Source of the DNA: the human T2T-CHM13v2.0 reference genome, Homo sapiens
Direction: 5' to 3' (one strand)
DNA: 64,000 nt
Assembly (NCBI RefSeq): GCF_009914755.1
Contig: NC_060928.1
Shown piece by piece: positions 33,264 to 48,199 of the stretch (position 1 is the stretch's first letter; each line of letters begins with the position of its first letter). The notes under the pieces were generated by a model. The model saw nothing but the letters and a program-made list of their open reading frames with translations. It was not told where the DNA came from and did not search any database. Position numbers and translations under genes: made by a program.

Positions 33264-34040
33264 CAAGCATTTACTCCTATCTGTGAATTTTGGGAATATC
33301 CGATCAATTTATTTATGAAATCACTTTGATTACCTCTTTGATTACTATGAAATTGGAATCACTATAATACTGATGCCTTGAAAATATACCGCTTTCCCTG
33401 TGTTGAGGTCTACTTTTATTTCCTTAAAAAAAGACATACTTTTCTTCAAAATATGTTACATATTGTTGTTTATTGTTTCTAGGTGATTTTTTGGTTAGTT
33501 TGGTTCTGTTTTGGCTGGTTTTGGTTTTTCTTTTATTTGTATGTTTTGATATTATCACTTGTATTGAATATCCTGTTTATGTTTTCATGTATATTTGTTT
33601 TTTATTTATTTTTCTTGAGTTTTATTGATCTTTGATCTGTTATTCGCTTTTTGAAATATATATACTCTTTCGATATTCTTTTAACAGTAACCCTTTAATT
33701 TTTAGTATGCATACTTGATATCACAAAGTTATCATGTAATCAACATCTCTATCTCCCTTAGAAAAAAATAGAGAAAATTCTAAAAAATACAGGAATTTTT
33801 AAAAGTTTCGATACAATTTTCTTTTTTTCTGCTATGTTACCTGAAGTTTGAGGTTTATTATGTCTTCAACTTTAAATAGGACTTTCTGTATTTATTCACT
33901 TATTGAGTATATTACCAAAAATCTACCTTGTTTTGGTTTTTCTAACTTTCTCCTTGCATTTCTACCCTTTCTTCTAGATTAATACACGTTAGAGTTTATT
34001 TGGTGAGCACTCACAAGTGATACTCAGCCACTCTTTAATT
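33264..34040 (-). mobile_element. Old L1ME-like fragments
   Basis: T-rich strand bias and remnants such as gaggtctacttttatttcctt...ttattgtttctaggtgatttt; boundaries uncertain. Confidence 0.35.
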
Positions 34041-34042
34041 CA

Positions 34043-34389
<347 letters not shown>

Positions 34390-35744
34390 TCAGATTCAGC
34401 AAACAACTTTCATATAAAGTCTCATATTCCTTTCTTGCAATATTGAAAATTATAAACCATGATAACTTTTAATAGTGCCTCTTTCATCTTCTATCCTTCT
34501 GGCACTCTTAATAAAGCCTTCTAGGCACTTAGCTTGATGCAAGGTGTTTAATTTAGACACTACCTTTCCTGTATATGAGACAGCTTATCCTGGCCGAGCC
34601 ACTATGAAACTTCAGTTTCAATATCATGTATCACAGTTCAAATACACTGGTCTCACTTGAGTTTCTTTTTATTTTTATTATTTTCTATGCAGATAGTTTT
34701 ACATTTAAAATTAAAATTATTTTATTCTATGCTATATTTTTATATATTTTTGGTGAGGATAAAGCCAATTCTAGTCAAGTCCTTTTGCAATATAAAATGT
34801 TTATTCATGTGTTTTCTAAAATGTGAATTTTCAAAAGATATACAATATTTGGATTCCTTTTAAATGAAAAAAGACAAGAAAAAATCAAAACATACAAAAT
34901 CTGAGAATGTATTACTTCTGACCATATAGCTTATTTTTAGCTCAGTTAAGTTTGGAGATTTGCTGGTTTTTCTCTCTAGTATCCTTATAAGGTTGACTGT
35001 GTTTTTTTCTTTTTAAAATACCCTTTAACGCAACTCTTTAGGAAGGACAAGGCAACTTCTTAAAGTTCTGCTTAGGTTCTCAGGAAATGTCATTCATTTG
35101 GCAGGGATCCCAATGTGTAGCACAGCTTGATTCCCTGCACAGTCCCCAAAACAGCCAGGCCTGAGACTACGAAGCTCTTTCAATGACAGGCATTCATTCA
35201 TCTGAACTTATTCTGAACTCAGAGAATACACTTAAAAAAAAACAACAACAACAACAAAATTACTTTGAGAGGAACATTCTGAGGTTTTTGCAACTAAGTA
35301 TTTCCTCTTTAAAAGTTTTTTTTTTTTTCTTCCTGTAGAATGGTTTTAAGGGCATTCCTTTTCTTTATATTTTAGCAGGAACCCTGAGATGTCCCAATGA
35401 AAAAGATTTTAAAACATTTTTAGCAGTGTTCTTGCTTTAGAGTTGGCATTTGTCTTTGTTTAATTGGAAAGTAAAACTTAAAGTTCACTCTTATTTAACT
35501 TCCACTTAGGAAAAGAAAAGACAAAAGTAAAAATGACATAGTGTAAATTTTAATGACTGGATTTTACACAGAAACATTCTGGGTTCTTTTTAATTTTCAC
35601 ATAAGGAGATTTCAAATCAAATCCAAATTACACAATTATGAACTGTAAAAGATATGTTGCATCTATGTTAATCAACATGATATTATACTCTTAATTTGTT
35701 CACACATTTTAATTTACTGCAAAAATCTTACCTTATATAGAAAA

Positions 35745-35990
35745 AGCACTACTTTAGAAATATGGGCTCTGGAGTCAGATAGCCTAGGTTGAAATGCTGG
35801 ATTTACATTTGCTACCTGTGAAAATATGAGAAAATTACTTAACTTTTTTGTGCCTCCTTGTCCTTCATTTTGTAACAAGAAGAAAAATAGCACTTAACTC
35901 TTGGAGTAATTGTGAAGAATGAAAAAATTAGTATACAATGTTTGGAATTGTGATTGATGCTCAGTCAGTATACACTAATTTTTACTGTTA
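35745..35990 (+). mobile_element. MIR
   Basis: ggctctggagtcagatagcctaggttgaaatgctgg...ttacttaacttttttgtgcctc core. Confidence 0.8.
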
Positions 35991-36659
35991 ATTGGTGATA
36001 ATCTCTCTAGGCTTCATTTATCTACAAAGTCTACGGTTTCAAAGAATATTGCTTTCTTCAATTTATTTCCTTTTAAAGGTTAGATTTCAATTTACAGAAA
36101 AGTTAGTTTATACATGAAGTTTCATATTTCATATTTAGAAAACTCTGTAGTCTTTTTTGTTGGATACAGAGGTTCCTTTCTATATTATAATCCTCCAATT
36201 TTATATAATCTATATTATATCCTAGTTCAGTCCAGTTACTGGGCAAATGTCCCACTTCACTTCAAGGTGTATAAGGCGGGAGCAATCCTTAGGTGAAATC
36301 AGCTATCTATCTTCAATGCCTGTTTTGTAATTTAAAAAAATAAAAATTTGACACCTAATTTTCCCTTACATAGCTTTTTTCATATTGGACATCTATCTAA
36401 TGCCTTTTCGTAATAGTCTATATTGCCATTCATATGCTATGAACATTCTCCAGTCATGATACAGACATCCATCGCATACGAACATTTTATTAGTTGGCTT
36501 AACCAAAGTTGTTTTGCCACTATTCAGTTATTTTTCCATAAAATATTTTATGCAATGATGAAAAATTATATCTGTAAAGTGATTGTAACCCTATTAAAAA
36601 TAAGCATCCTCGTTATAAAAAATTAACAAAATTTGGTAGATTTCTTTCTAACTACTGTA

Positions 36660-38720
36660 GCACACCTACATACACAGGGACAATACATATTTATAATAGT
36701 CTATCCATATAATAGATTGCTTTTTCATATAATAATATAATATCAACCTTTCTGTAGATCATTCATTGTTTAGTACCATTATTTGCAATGTTTCTTAGTA
36801 TTCTATCATACGTTTATGTTTATAAATATCTAAATAAAAAATTAGCTCTAGTTGGACATTCATATTGCTCCAAAATGTACACTGTATAAATCATATAGTG
36901 CCTTAAAGGAGAAACTTTAAGTTGTGTATAAATAAATCTTTGTAAATATATTAAGCTCTTTTGTCTTTTTAAAATTCTTGAATATAAAGTTTAATGCATT
37001 CATTTCTGTTTCCTGTTAATAAATACAAGCATCTTATCCAATAAGCTTGCTCCAGATGAAAATTTTGGGGCACAACTGGTAGATTTCTTTTAGGTGTCTT
37101 CACATACTCTGCTATGCCTTTGATGAAAGCATCTCAGATTCATTGAGGAAAATTTCAAAAGTATAGAAAATATAATTCCACACCAATATGCATTTGATAT
37201 ATATTTCCACTATTTTTTCAATACCTAGATCCATCTGATTTTATGTTATGGATTATTTTAGGGCTCTAAATATTCCCTAATTTAAAATTTTAAATCTAAT
37301 TTTAATTATTTCCACATAGAAATTATTTAAATTATTTTCTGGTTCTTTTTCTTACAATGTTGAAGAGATAATCTAGCTTAATTTTACTAGTTGATATCTC
37401 AAGTAGTTTATTAATTTATTTTGAAACTTACAAAGTTTTAAGTATATGTATATATACATAGCTTTGTATAACTGTATATATATACTTATATGTATTATAT
37501 TTGTGTGTATATAGTATCTTTGCACTTATATGAATATTTCTGTAACAAGATTTTATATATAGACACACGGGAAATAATTTGAATTTTTTATTAAATACAA
37601 AGAATGTAGATTAATGTGTATACTGCATATATGTATTATATCTTTTTAGATATTTTTCTGTATAAACCTTTCTTTATCTGAATTGTATGACCTTTAGAGC
37701 TACTGATGATTTTTGTTTTGCAGGATATATGAAATATTTGCAAGCTGTTTTTAAAACTATGCATTAGTCAAACTATGCATTAGTCAATATATAGTTGGTA
37801 GGCAGCATTTTCGTAGGTGACTGTGTTACATCCTTTAAAACATCCTTAGAGTAAATTCCTAGATATGGAATTGCTTGTAACACATTTTTAAGATGTTGAC
37901 TCATAATGAGAAGATTCTTTTTGGAAACATGCCAGCTTATAAGTCCAACATATGAATATGTATATCCTTAAAGATTAGAAATTTAATATTTTAAAGCTTC
38001 TCCAATTCATAGATAACAACCACTAGTTAAAATTTTACTTATATTTGTTTGTATTTATTTGCCTACTAATGAGGCCAACAACTTTGTATGTATTTTTAGT
38101 CACTTTTATTTCTTCTGTCTTTACTTGCTAGTTTATATTGTTTGCTCCATTTTATCTATTCTGCCACTCGTTTTACTGTTGTGAAATGCTGTTTCCATGT
38201 TAATGACTTTCACTGGGCTATTTATATGATTCAAAGACTTTTCCAGATTACTCTTAACTTTTATATTTCCTTTGTAGGATCTTAATATTTTAATATAAGA
38301 AAACAATTTACATTTTACATAGTAAAATTTATTAATATCTTATAAAACTTTACAAATATATTTCATAATGTTACTATTCAGCACCAGGTATTTTATAGTA
38401 CATAGAGATCAGATATTCATATGTGTATAATTTTAATTCTATAATATTAATATTTTTTCATCTCTGGTTTAATATATTTAATAGCATAAGATAGAAATGT
38501 AACTTTATTTTCTGAAGATATAAACAAGCCCTGTATTCATCTAACTTTTAGACAACCAAAGGGAAAAAGAAGAGTTTAAGTGGAATTATATTAAATGCAC
38601 TTATAAATTTAAAGATAATTGACATATTTACAATACTAATATGAATGCCTCAGGATAAATTTTAAAATCTCTTGGTTCATGATATCTTTTTTGTTCTTCA
38701 TAAATTTGCAGTGAATAAGT
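36660..38720 (-). mobile_element. Fragmented L1ME 3' region
   Basis: ttagagtaaattcctagatatggaattgct, ttgcctactaatgaggccaac and tttatattgtttgctccattt resemble antisense L1ME; patchy. Confidence 0.5.
37754..37785. repeat. Perfect 16-bp tandem duplication
   Basis: aaactatgcattagtc x2. Confidence 0.95.
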
Positions 38721-39289
38721 ACTTAATTCATTTAATTTTAAAATGATTTTTCTCTATAGTTCACCACAAACTTTGAAGAATTTGTACTAAGTTTAATTTC
38801 TCTTTCTTTGTAATGAAATAACACAGTAGCAATGCTGAGAATGAGTCCAGGCTTTCTAACTCCAGAAGTCATGCATTTAACAGCATACTAAATTGTTGGC
38901 ATATAAAGGACCTTTGTTTCCTTGTGAGAATTTGTGTATATGTGTGCAAGTGTACTTGTGTGCTCACGAGTATTTATTTTTTACCAAGTTTAATTACTTT
39001 TCATTCCTTCAAATCTATAGTTTATTAATTGGATTCTTTTTTGTCTATAGACAGTCAATGTATCATTTGCAAACATTTCCAATAATTACACTTTATTGAC
39101 TCTTCTACTTATTATTTCCCCTTTATTTGTGTTTCTTTTGCTGTTTCTTGAAGTTTTTTTTTTATGTTCGATGCTAGTTTATCGTGTCGTTATTCTTGCT
39201 AAGTAGTTATTTAAGACAATACATTTCACTTTAATTATTGACTGATCTTTACCCTGCCAGAATTTGTACATTATTTTTACATCTTTCAC

Positions 39290-39689
39290 TGGGGGTACAT
39301 TTTCTTAGTGGGCAAAGGGCCTGGTGGTGTACGTGGATTTTTTTGTGTGGAAAGAGAACAGGAGACTGAGCTTCAGCTCTATGAATTCACAGGCCGTATA
39401 TACCTGGTTGACTGGGAGACCGGGGCTCAGAAAGAAAAAATAATGAAAAATTAGTGACAGTGGATAGAGTAGGTAAGAGTGTGAAGATATTTATATCGTT
39501 CTCAAATGCTCTTTAGAAGATATCACTCCAGTGGGGACAAAATAAACAGTTGAATACAACCCTTCAGATGTCAGTCAGAAGCTTTATCCAGCTATCTCTG
39601 TGCTTGCTTAATGATTCAAGTACAATGTGTTCATGGTGTCAGAGAATGATGCTAAGGATACATTCAAAAACATAAAATTTTATCTCACC
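39290..39689 (+). mobile_element. Second decayed ERVL pol remnant, RNase H to integrase N-terminus
   Basis: tagtgggcaaag...gtgtggaaagagaac, gtgaagatatttatatc (VKIF), gatgtcagtcag (DVSQ), gtgcttgcttaatga (VLAQW-like). Confidence 0.7.
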
Positions 39690-40694
39690 GAAAAGATACA
39701 CAGATGGTAAATTAGCAAATAGAAAAATCCTTCATATCATAAGCCATCAGGAAAATTAAAATTAAAATGACAGTAAGATGCTACTACATACCTATTAGTA
39801 TGAACCATGAATACTTTGCATCTATTAGTATGTAGTAGCATCCCATTTCTGGCCAAAATTCAGAACATTGACAACACCAAATGCTGGTGATAATGTAAAT
39901 CAACAGAAACTCTCAATTTTTGCTGGTGGGAATGCAATAGCGGTACAGCCACCTTGTAAGGCAGTTTGGTAGTTTCTTACAAAACTAAAAATGCAGTAAC
40001 CATATAATTCAGAAATTCCACTTCTTAATGTTTAACCAAAAGAGTTGAAATTTTATGGCCACACAAAAACCTGCACGTGTTTACACCAACCAAAACTTAG
40101 AAGCAACCAAGATGTTTCTCAGTAAGTGAATGGATAAATAAACTATACACTTAGGGAACAGAATATTACATAGCAGTAAAAAGTAATAAGCTACCAAGCC
40201 ATGAGAAGATATGGAGGATCCTGAAATGCATATGAATAAGTGAAATAAGCCAATCTGAAAGGGTATATGCTGTATAATTTTAAATATAGACATTTTAGAA
40301 AAGGAAGAACTCAGGAAACAAAAAATTAGTGGTTGTCAGAGGTTAGGTGGAAAAGAAGGATAAATAGGAGAAGCATAAGAATTTTATGGCAGTGACAATA
40401 ATTTGTATGCTGTAATGGTGAATACATGTCATTATATATTTGTCTAAACCTATAAAATATACAACACCAAGAGTGAACCCTAATATAAAATATAGGTTCT
40501 GGATAATAAAGGTGTGTCAATGTAGGTTTATCAATTGTAACAAATATGTACTCTGATGGGGGATGTTGATAAAGAATGAGGCTATGCATTTGTAGAGAGA
40601 GTATGGATCAGCTCTGTTCCTTTTGCATTATTACTGTGAACCTAAAACTGTTCTAAAATATAGAGTCTTAAAAAATAAAATTAAAATTAAAAAA
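39690..40694 (+). mobile_element. L1MC (MC1/2-like) 3' end inserted into ERVL
   Basis: ORF2 C-terminal remnant, 3'UTR caccaagagtgaaccctaat...ctgtgaacctaaaactgttctaaaa, A-rich tail; degenerate ~21-bp TSD aaacat..aattt...cacc. Confidence 0.85.
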
Positions 40695-41780
40695 GAAACA
40701 TGGAATTTCTCCCACCAAGGTTAATCTGGCTAGTTTCACTGCTGAAGAGGCTACGTGCCAATATCAGAGGAAAACCTGGACCCCTATTATGGCATAAGAA
40801 GAACCTTTTAGCAGGTAGCAGGTGTGTTAAACCCTACACTTTTCATTATAGAGAGGGGAACCATTTCTCTCTTCAAAGTCAGATTCATATTCCAGGAATA
40901 AACATGTTTTCTCTCACCAGCACCACTAGTTGAGAACTTGCAGAAGAATATCCATTGCTTGGTATCTCACAGTATTTCTTCTGCACAGAAAAGAAATTGT
41001 ATACATCCTACACTATAAAATAAATTCCATGAAATCACTAGTATACTATTTGTTCTGTCTCCTAGAATTAGTTGGTTTCATAAAATGGTTGAATGACTCA
41101 ATCATGGGAAATACCATTTTAAGAGACACAAGTGAATTTCTGCAGTAGGTGATATGTACCTGAAACCAGCAGCCAAAATATAAGGCTTTATCCCCATAGC
41201 CAGTAATAAAGGACTCAGGGCCTCGGTAAAGTTGTGAGACATCCCTCCCACAATTGTATGCAATGACTAGAGAAGAAATTTTATTTCCTTTGCCCATGAC
41301 CCTGGGTTCAGTGTGTTTGGAGATCATATATCCCAAGAGAGAAATGTTTTCACCCAGAGACACACCAGTGATTTAATAAATATGAAAGCTGAAACTACTC
41401 CTGGCCATTTTGGTCTCTTAATGCTGATAAAGCAGCAAACAAGGGAGGGAGATGCTATACTAACAGTCTGATTTATTCTGTTTATCAAGGGAAAATTTGG
41501 TATTATTACTCAATGGGAGCAAAAAGGTCTATGTGCGGACCCCAGTGAATTCACTGGGACATCTCTTAGTTATCCATGCGCAATATCATCAAAGGAAAGT
41601 TGCTTTAACCTGCTGAAGACAGTCAGATCCTGAAGGAATAGAGCATTTGTTCACCTTAACAGGAAAACATCTACCCCTTTGAGGCACTGACAAAGTGTAA
41701 ACGAACATGCAATTAGTTGTAAAAGAGATCTATGGATATCAACGTATGGCTCCATGCTCAGTTCTAGAAGGGATAATTAC
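40695..41780 (+). mobile_element. ERVL pol continuation: integrase and dUTPase remnants
   Basis: Resumes with PTKvnLA...CQ.QR; aagctgaaactactcctggccattttggtctcttaatg corresponds to dUTPase KL.L.PGHFGLLM. Confidence 0.75.
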
Positions 41781-41804
41781 AGCTGTTATGCTATGCAAGA
41801 AATA

Positions 41805-42186
41805 TTTTCCTAGCCCTTCCTCAGTTGGCCAAATGGGAGTGAAAGAAAGGTGCATCACTAAGATATTAGGGACTGGACGAGAGTAGAGAATACCAGAGAG
41901 GTCAAGTTATTTTTTCTCCAGGACATTCTTTGACAGGTAGCAAAAATTTGGCTGAATCACTCTAGTAAAAGCTACAGTTCCTATCAGGCAGCCCCTGCTC
42001 TCTGTACATCTAAGTAGAAGTTTTCTACTTTTATTCCTTCCCTCTTAACTTCAGTAGTGGTTCTCAGCTAAGGCTAGCCATAGAATATTGCATAATCTTT
42101 TGTTTTCTCTTAACTCTGCCCATATTCTTCTCAGTTTTCTCCTTTTTGTGTGCCATTTGTCATCTGCTAGGACCTGGACACATAAA
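41805..42186 (+). mobile_element. ERVL LTR, LTR33-like (probable 3' LTR of the preceding remnant)
   Basis: Ends gtgtgccatttgtcatctgctaggacctggacacata (cf. LTR33 end tgtgccatctgtttcctgccgggaccctgactgataca). Confidence 0.6.
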
Positions 42187-42779
42187 ATAATCGACTCTTA
42201 ATGATGGGGTAATTAACACAAACAATTACAGTAGACAATGTCTAAAAAGTCAATGATTTAACAAAATAAAGATGAAAATTTGAATAAAGGTCCAGAACAT
42301 ATTAAATAAGTTAGTTTTATGTTATCAAGTACTAACTGTATATGAGATTTTGTTATTCTGTTTTTCTGTTCCTGGTGATTTTTTGGCATTGAATTAAGAT
42401 TGAATAGTATTTGTTAATATTAAAACTTTTAAACATCCAAATATACTGTTTTACATATAACTCAGTATTAACAAATAAGAAAGAACAACTGTTAACCATA
42501 GAGTTAAAAAATTGTAGCTTGTGTAAACTATAAATATTATGTAAGTAAGCTAAATTGCAAAGGAGAATAATAGCATTCTTTAATGGCAAACTTAAAATTT
42601 AATTCCTTATTTTTACTATCTTACTATATTTTGCCATCAACATACTCCTGGGTTAATGTTCTTTAAGTCATATGTGCACACAAAAAAATCTTAAATGTTT
42701 TATTAAAAATACAATTTTTGTTTTAAGAAATATCCGTTATACAGCTATGCTAAGTACCAGGAACTGTGCTAGATGCAAA

Positions 42780-43460
42780 TTATGCTTATTCACACCTTCC
42801 CAGAATGAATTTATAGACCAATGTCCTTGAGGACTCCAGCTCCTGGTTAAAAATCTAAGCGTAAATTTCCGGCCTGATCATAGGCCTGACAAAGACTTTA
42901 CATGGAAGGCCTCCTGTGGACAAACTGCCATCCCCACATCAGACTCTCTGTGCACATCCAGGACATCACAGTATCTAAAAGGAGCTGCTGTCAAAGAATC
43001 AGGCCCCTCTGGCCTGTCCTGCTGTTTCACATATTTGTATTCCTAGTCCCTGAGCCTGCATTCCTAGGTCACTTTCTCTGAGGCTTTGTTCAGGGGTGTC
43101 TCTCAAGATCTCCTTATGGGTAGAGATGCTCTTAGCCCTCCTCCAAGTCCTCACGACAACCCTAGAACCCAGAAAACTGCTGGATCATTTTGTTCTTGCG
43201 GCTTCCTCGACAGTGAGATGACCCCAATATCTGTGCTGACCCTTGACTGACACATTGTTCTATCAGGGAAAATGGCACAAGTCAGTCAGCATATTCTAAA
43301 ATTTTAGCCTCTTGGTCAAATGACTGCAGTAAGGGATTAAGAAGCTTAACTCTTTCATTTTTGGCTTGTTGCTTTAATCAGCCCTTCGGACACCTGGCAA
43401 CCCAGCAAGTTAGCATACACTTCCTCTCTCTTCTTTGAAGCTCAGCTGAGGTGCTGAGAG
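42780..43460 (+). mobile_element. ERVL LTR of the MER74/MER54/MER88 group
   Basis: 3' end cttaactctttcatttttggcttgttgctttaatcagcc...gacacctggca...gctcagctgaggtgctga; 5' boundary uncertain. Confidence 0.55.
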
Positions 43461-43980
43461 TCCTGAAATTATATCCTTTCTAATGTTATTACTAATTACT
43501 TAATTTCTGCTGGGCAGATACTGTAGGATTGAAAGCCCAGTTTTCCCAAAACTTTAACCTTTCAACATGAGCAGAATAACAGAAAACTAATTTGGAATAT
43601 TTTGAGTTAACAAGGAAATATAAGCCAACATAATGTGGGCTAAATAAAAGGGTGGCCAGATCCAGCAGTGTTTGATCACTTTATCTGCAGGGTAAGAAGT
43701 ACATAATCATGTTTTCCAAAGAAATCAATTTATTTGCTGCAGTATTGAAGCTATTGAAATATCTGTAGCTATGCACATTCTTATTTCTTGAATGTAATGT
43801 TGCTAGAATAACCAGCTTACCTTCACCTCCATTTAGGAAGCTCTATAAGATAATTCAAACTAATTATAAGGCCACCATACTATGAGAATTGCATTGTATT
43901 ATTGACATATTTGTATTCATTTATCAGTGATAAAATAGAATTTTGTGAATAGATAGTAAAGAAAATAAGAAAAACTCCTT

Positions 43981-44314
<334 letters not shown>

Positions 44315-45019
44315 TAAAATTAAATATTTGTACATTCTAAGGCTTTGCTGTTTGTCATTATGTATATTTCAGTGTGTATGATTCACAGAGTCATAAGAAA
44401 TAGTCATTGGGAGGCCTCATAAAGATTCTCACTCTATGTAGCTTGTATGAAGGAAGAGTACCTTGCAATTCTTTCTTTACAGATACCAGGTAACAACTAT
44501 AAGGCAGCTATCTCTTCACCTGCCCTTTTCTAATTAAATTATTCAAGTACTTCTGGGAAATATTAAAATCTCCATATCAGGAAAATATTATTACTGAAAT
44601 TCCCTTTCTAGGTAGCTATGCACTCTTTGGTATTACAAGAACAATATAATGAACAAAATGAAGATATTTTAACTGCACACATTACCACTGTTTGATACTT
44701 AGCTTGCTCAGGAGGCTGCGTTGTGTCTCTAGGGTAAAATATTTTTCAAATTTTCTAACCACCTCTTCCTTAGCTGTCTTAAAGAAGAAAGAAAGAAACA
44801 TTTCTAACTAATGGAATTCAGTGATCGGTTGAATAACTGGGTCATGGGAAAAGCAAATTGTCATCTAATTTTTGAAAACAACTGCAAGTTGGCCGTTACC
44901 TTCTCTACATTGACTGACTTGCCTTCAGTTTCAGTCTTCAGAGGGTGTCTCATTTCAACCTATCTCTGTCCTCTCTTCCTAAGAGCTCTTAGTGTCAAGT
45001 ACCCTGTAATAATTTGAAT

Positions 45020-45450
45020 TATGTTTATGTCATGGGATAGTAACTTCTCAAATTTGCTTAAACCAAATAAAAATGAATTGATTGCTTATAATAGATGGGA
45101 AATTATTAGCAGAGGTATATAAAGCATCAGTCAAGATAGAATCTAGGAGTTAGACTGTGGACATCCCTGTATATCTCTCCATATGTTCTGCTGATCTGCC
45201 TGTTGTTTTCCTAATCAGGTAGGCTGTTCTGTGCTGTGTTGAATATGGCCACTACTGGTTCTAAGGCTCCATAATGTTCTGAGGTAGTTATATTAAGAAA
45301 ACCTGTGCTTCTTTTCAAATTTTTATGGCAACATTTCTACGGAGGATCCTGCTTCCCTCAGTGATTTTACCTACCCACCATGAACCTCACAATGTTGCTA
45401 GGGTTATAAATAAATTGAGTGACTTGTCCTAAGTTACATGTTCTTTTCTG
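45020..45450 (-). mobile_element. Old MLT1 (J/K/L-type) LTR
   Basis: ctcaaatttgcttaaaccaaataaaaatgaattgattgctta...aatatggccactactggttctaaggct; very diverged. Confidence 0.45.
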
Positions 45451-46389
45451 GAACTTGCACTTGGTGTCAGTCACACCAGGACTATAAAAACCTTGATGAG
45501 AGAGGTAATTAGCAAAAACATAATAATGGGAATTCCCCAACAAATGTTCAAACATACCCTAACTCTGTGCAAACAACTATGGGACAAAAAAAAAAAAAAA
45601 AAAAAAACAAAGACATATAATAATGTGGCCGCTGGAACATTCCCAACATCCCTGAAAATGGAGTAGTTTACAAAAGTTGTGATTGAAAGATCAAATATAT
45701 GTCTCATTTACTGCACTTGTTTGATTAAGTCCTGTATATAAGATTATGTAATAACATGGACACTTCCCATTGATGTTAAACCCATGGAAGAGGCAAAATG
45801 TGGGTATAGGATGTGTAGTCTGTAGCTTCTACTTTATAATACAATATATAATTTCAGAATAGCAATATGGTAGAGGATTAATGACCAGTAATTTCCAAGA
45901 AAGCAGAAAGTGCCTGGGAATGTGTGACGATACCTTTTCAATTAATGAAGTGATTGCATTCCTCTATCCCCTACCCCACCCTCTCCTGGTGGCTGGAAAG
46001 ACAATGTGTTATTTTCATTTGTTCTCCCTTCAGTTTTTATAACTCAGAAGTCTTCATTTTGGATACAGACATTCTCATAAAGCCATAAAAATTTAGTCTC
46101 ATAAAGAAAAAAATACTATTAGTTCTAGAAAATAATCATTAAAAAGGTAAAAAACGAGGAAGATTCATCAGATAATTTGAACCAATTATAAAGACCTAGG
46201 TCTACAAATGGTACTTATAGTTCATAATTTAGATTTTATATACTTCACATTTTGCTATAAAACTTTAAGTAATAAAAAATTTTATGAAGGGATACTAAAG
46301 AAAATTGAGAGCAATTGTCTTCAGGAGAAGGGAAGAATATGCTTAATATATAATTCCTATCAAGATAATAGCTCAAACCAAGGGCTCTG

Positions 46390-46597
46390 AAAGCAGATTA
46401 GCTGGCTTTAGACTCAACATTTACTTTCCTAGCTGTGTAATGCAAATAAGTAACTTCAGTGCTCTGAGCCTCGCTTTCCTTTTCTATAAAATTTGGATTA
46501 TAAAAACTATTTAGTTTGTAGGTTATTAAGAACATTAAATGAGTTAACTCATGTACATTTCCAATAGTGGGTTCCATGCAAACTTCCATATTAGCTA
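46390..46597 (+). mobile_element. MIR
   Basis: tagctgtgtaatgcaaataagtaacttcagtgctctgagcctcgctttccttttctataaaat...attaaatgagttaa. Confidence 0.8.
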
Positions 46598-48199
46598 CTC
46601 AAGTCAATACCAAGCTTGGTGGTGTTATTTACGATGGCAACCCTCCATGAAACCTGCTGAGTTTATGCAAAAGGATAGCCTGAGAGAATCTGCAATTATG
46701 TTTTCAGATCTCTCTTTCAGATCTCACTCAAACCCAATCCATAGAACATAGGATCCTTTTATGTGCTTCAGGAAGTCTATACATTTCCTGAAATTTCAAG
46801 ACTTTTTTGTATAAAGGTCTACATGCATATTTATTTTAAAAAAGACACCAAATAATCCATAAGCTATAATAAGCTTTTTTGTTTCACTTAATTATGCAAT
46901 TGGCTAATATTAAGCAACTCTACTAGGAATAATATGCTATAGTAATTACAAGAAAATGAGATGGGCTTTATTAGTTATATTTCTTTGGGTAAATTCCTTA
47001 TGGATATTCATAAAATAAAATTAACTATATTTTTATATTTGTGAAAATTGCTAATTTCATATTAAAAATAATATATAATAAACCTAAGACACCAATAACT
47101 TAATTCTTTCTTGAAGGTAAATTAGACCTTTCTAAAGCATACTGTACCATATTGAGGTCAAGGTATATCTATGTAGCAGTAGTTCATTGTCCAAAGCTTA
47201 AATGCGTTACCACATTTTCAAAATTTGCCAAACCTCTACCTCCAGGGAATGTTTGACTCAATATACATTTTTTACTGATGTGGCTTACCTTTCAATTTTT
47301 ACTTTGTGACCTTAATATGTTGATTGTAGAATATGGTCAAGAGTAAGGAAGAGTGAGCTGTCACCATTAATGAAATGTTATGCTTTTACAATTCCATTTC
47401 CACTATGTAGATTTTATATTTTGTCTTACTATATCTTTAAGAGGTAAGATTATACAATAAAAATAAAATACTTATTTCACATACAGTATAACAAATTGGT
47501 TTCACTATTTTAAGATTGGTTGGACTGAAGAAAAGTCTATTTATTGAGCATTTTAAAACTCAATCACATAATAATCTTAAGATTGAGCTTTCACACAAGG
47601 AAAGTGCTCTCTCTTTAAAATGTCAGGTCCTATGGTTGTGTGTTTTAATTTGTTTACCGGTTTGTTATTGTTTTTGCACTATGACCTCTCATATTTTCTG
47701 GGAATAATTCTTCATAAAACTTCTGGAATACATTATATATGGCATTAAAAATAACAAGCAAATAGTATATTTCAAATTGGATGGAAATTTACATCCGCAA
47801 CTGTTTATGTTCAAGAGATTGCCATATGTCTTTCAAGTTGGAGAGATTTTTATGGTAGAGAATGATGATTTGAGGACTGGGAGGGCTGTGAAGGGAATTA
47901 AGAATGATGTTCAGGAAAGAGAGTAGTCATCTGTTTATGTGTATTTGTAATCATATAAAGGAAAATTTTAATAAAGATTGAAATAACAACCGTAAGTTAG
48001 TGGCATAAATTCAGAATGCTCATAAGTAACAACAGAAGGCGGAATAGAGGTAATAACTAGGAAATAAGAAAGTGTTCTAGCAGAAAAACTGAAAAATCAA
48101 ATATGTCCTGCTCTAATTCTAATAATGATTTCTTCAAGAGTTTGCTGAGAAAAAGTACTATTTTTCTCACAGTGTCCATTCCATGTGTTGTTTTCTTTG

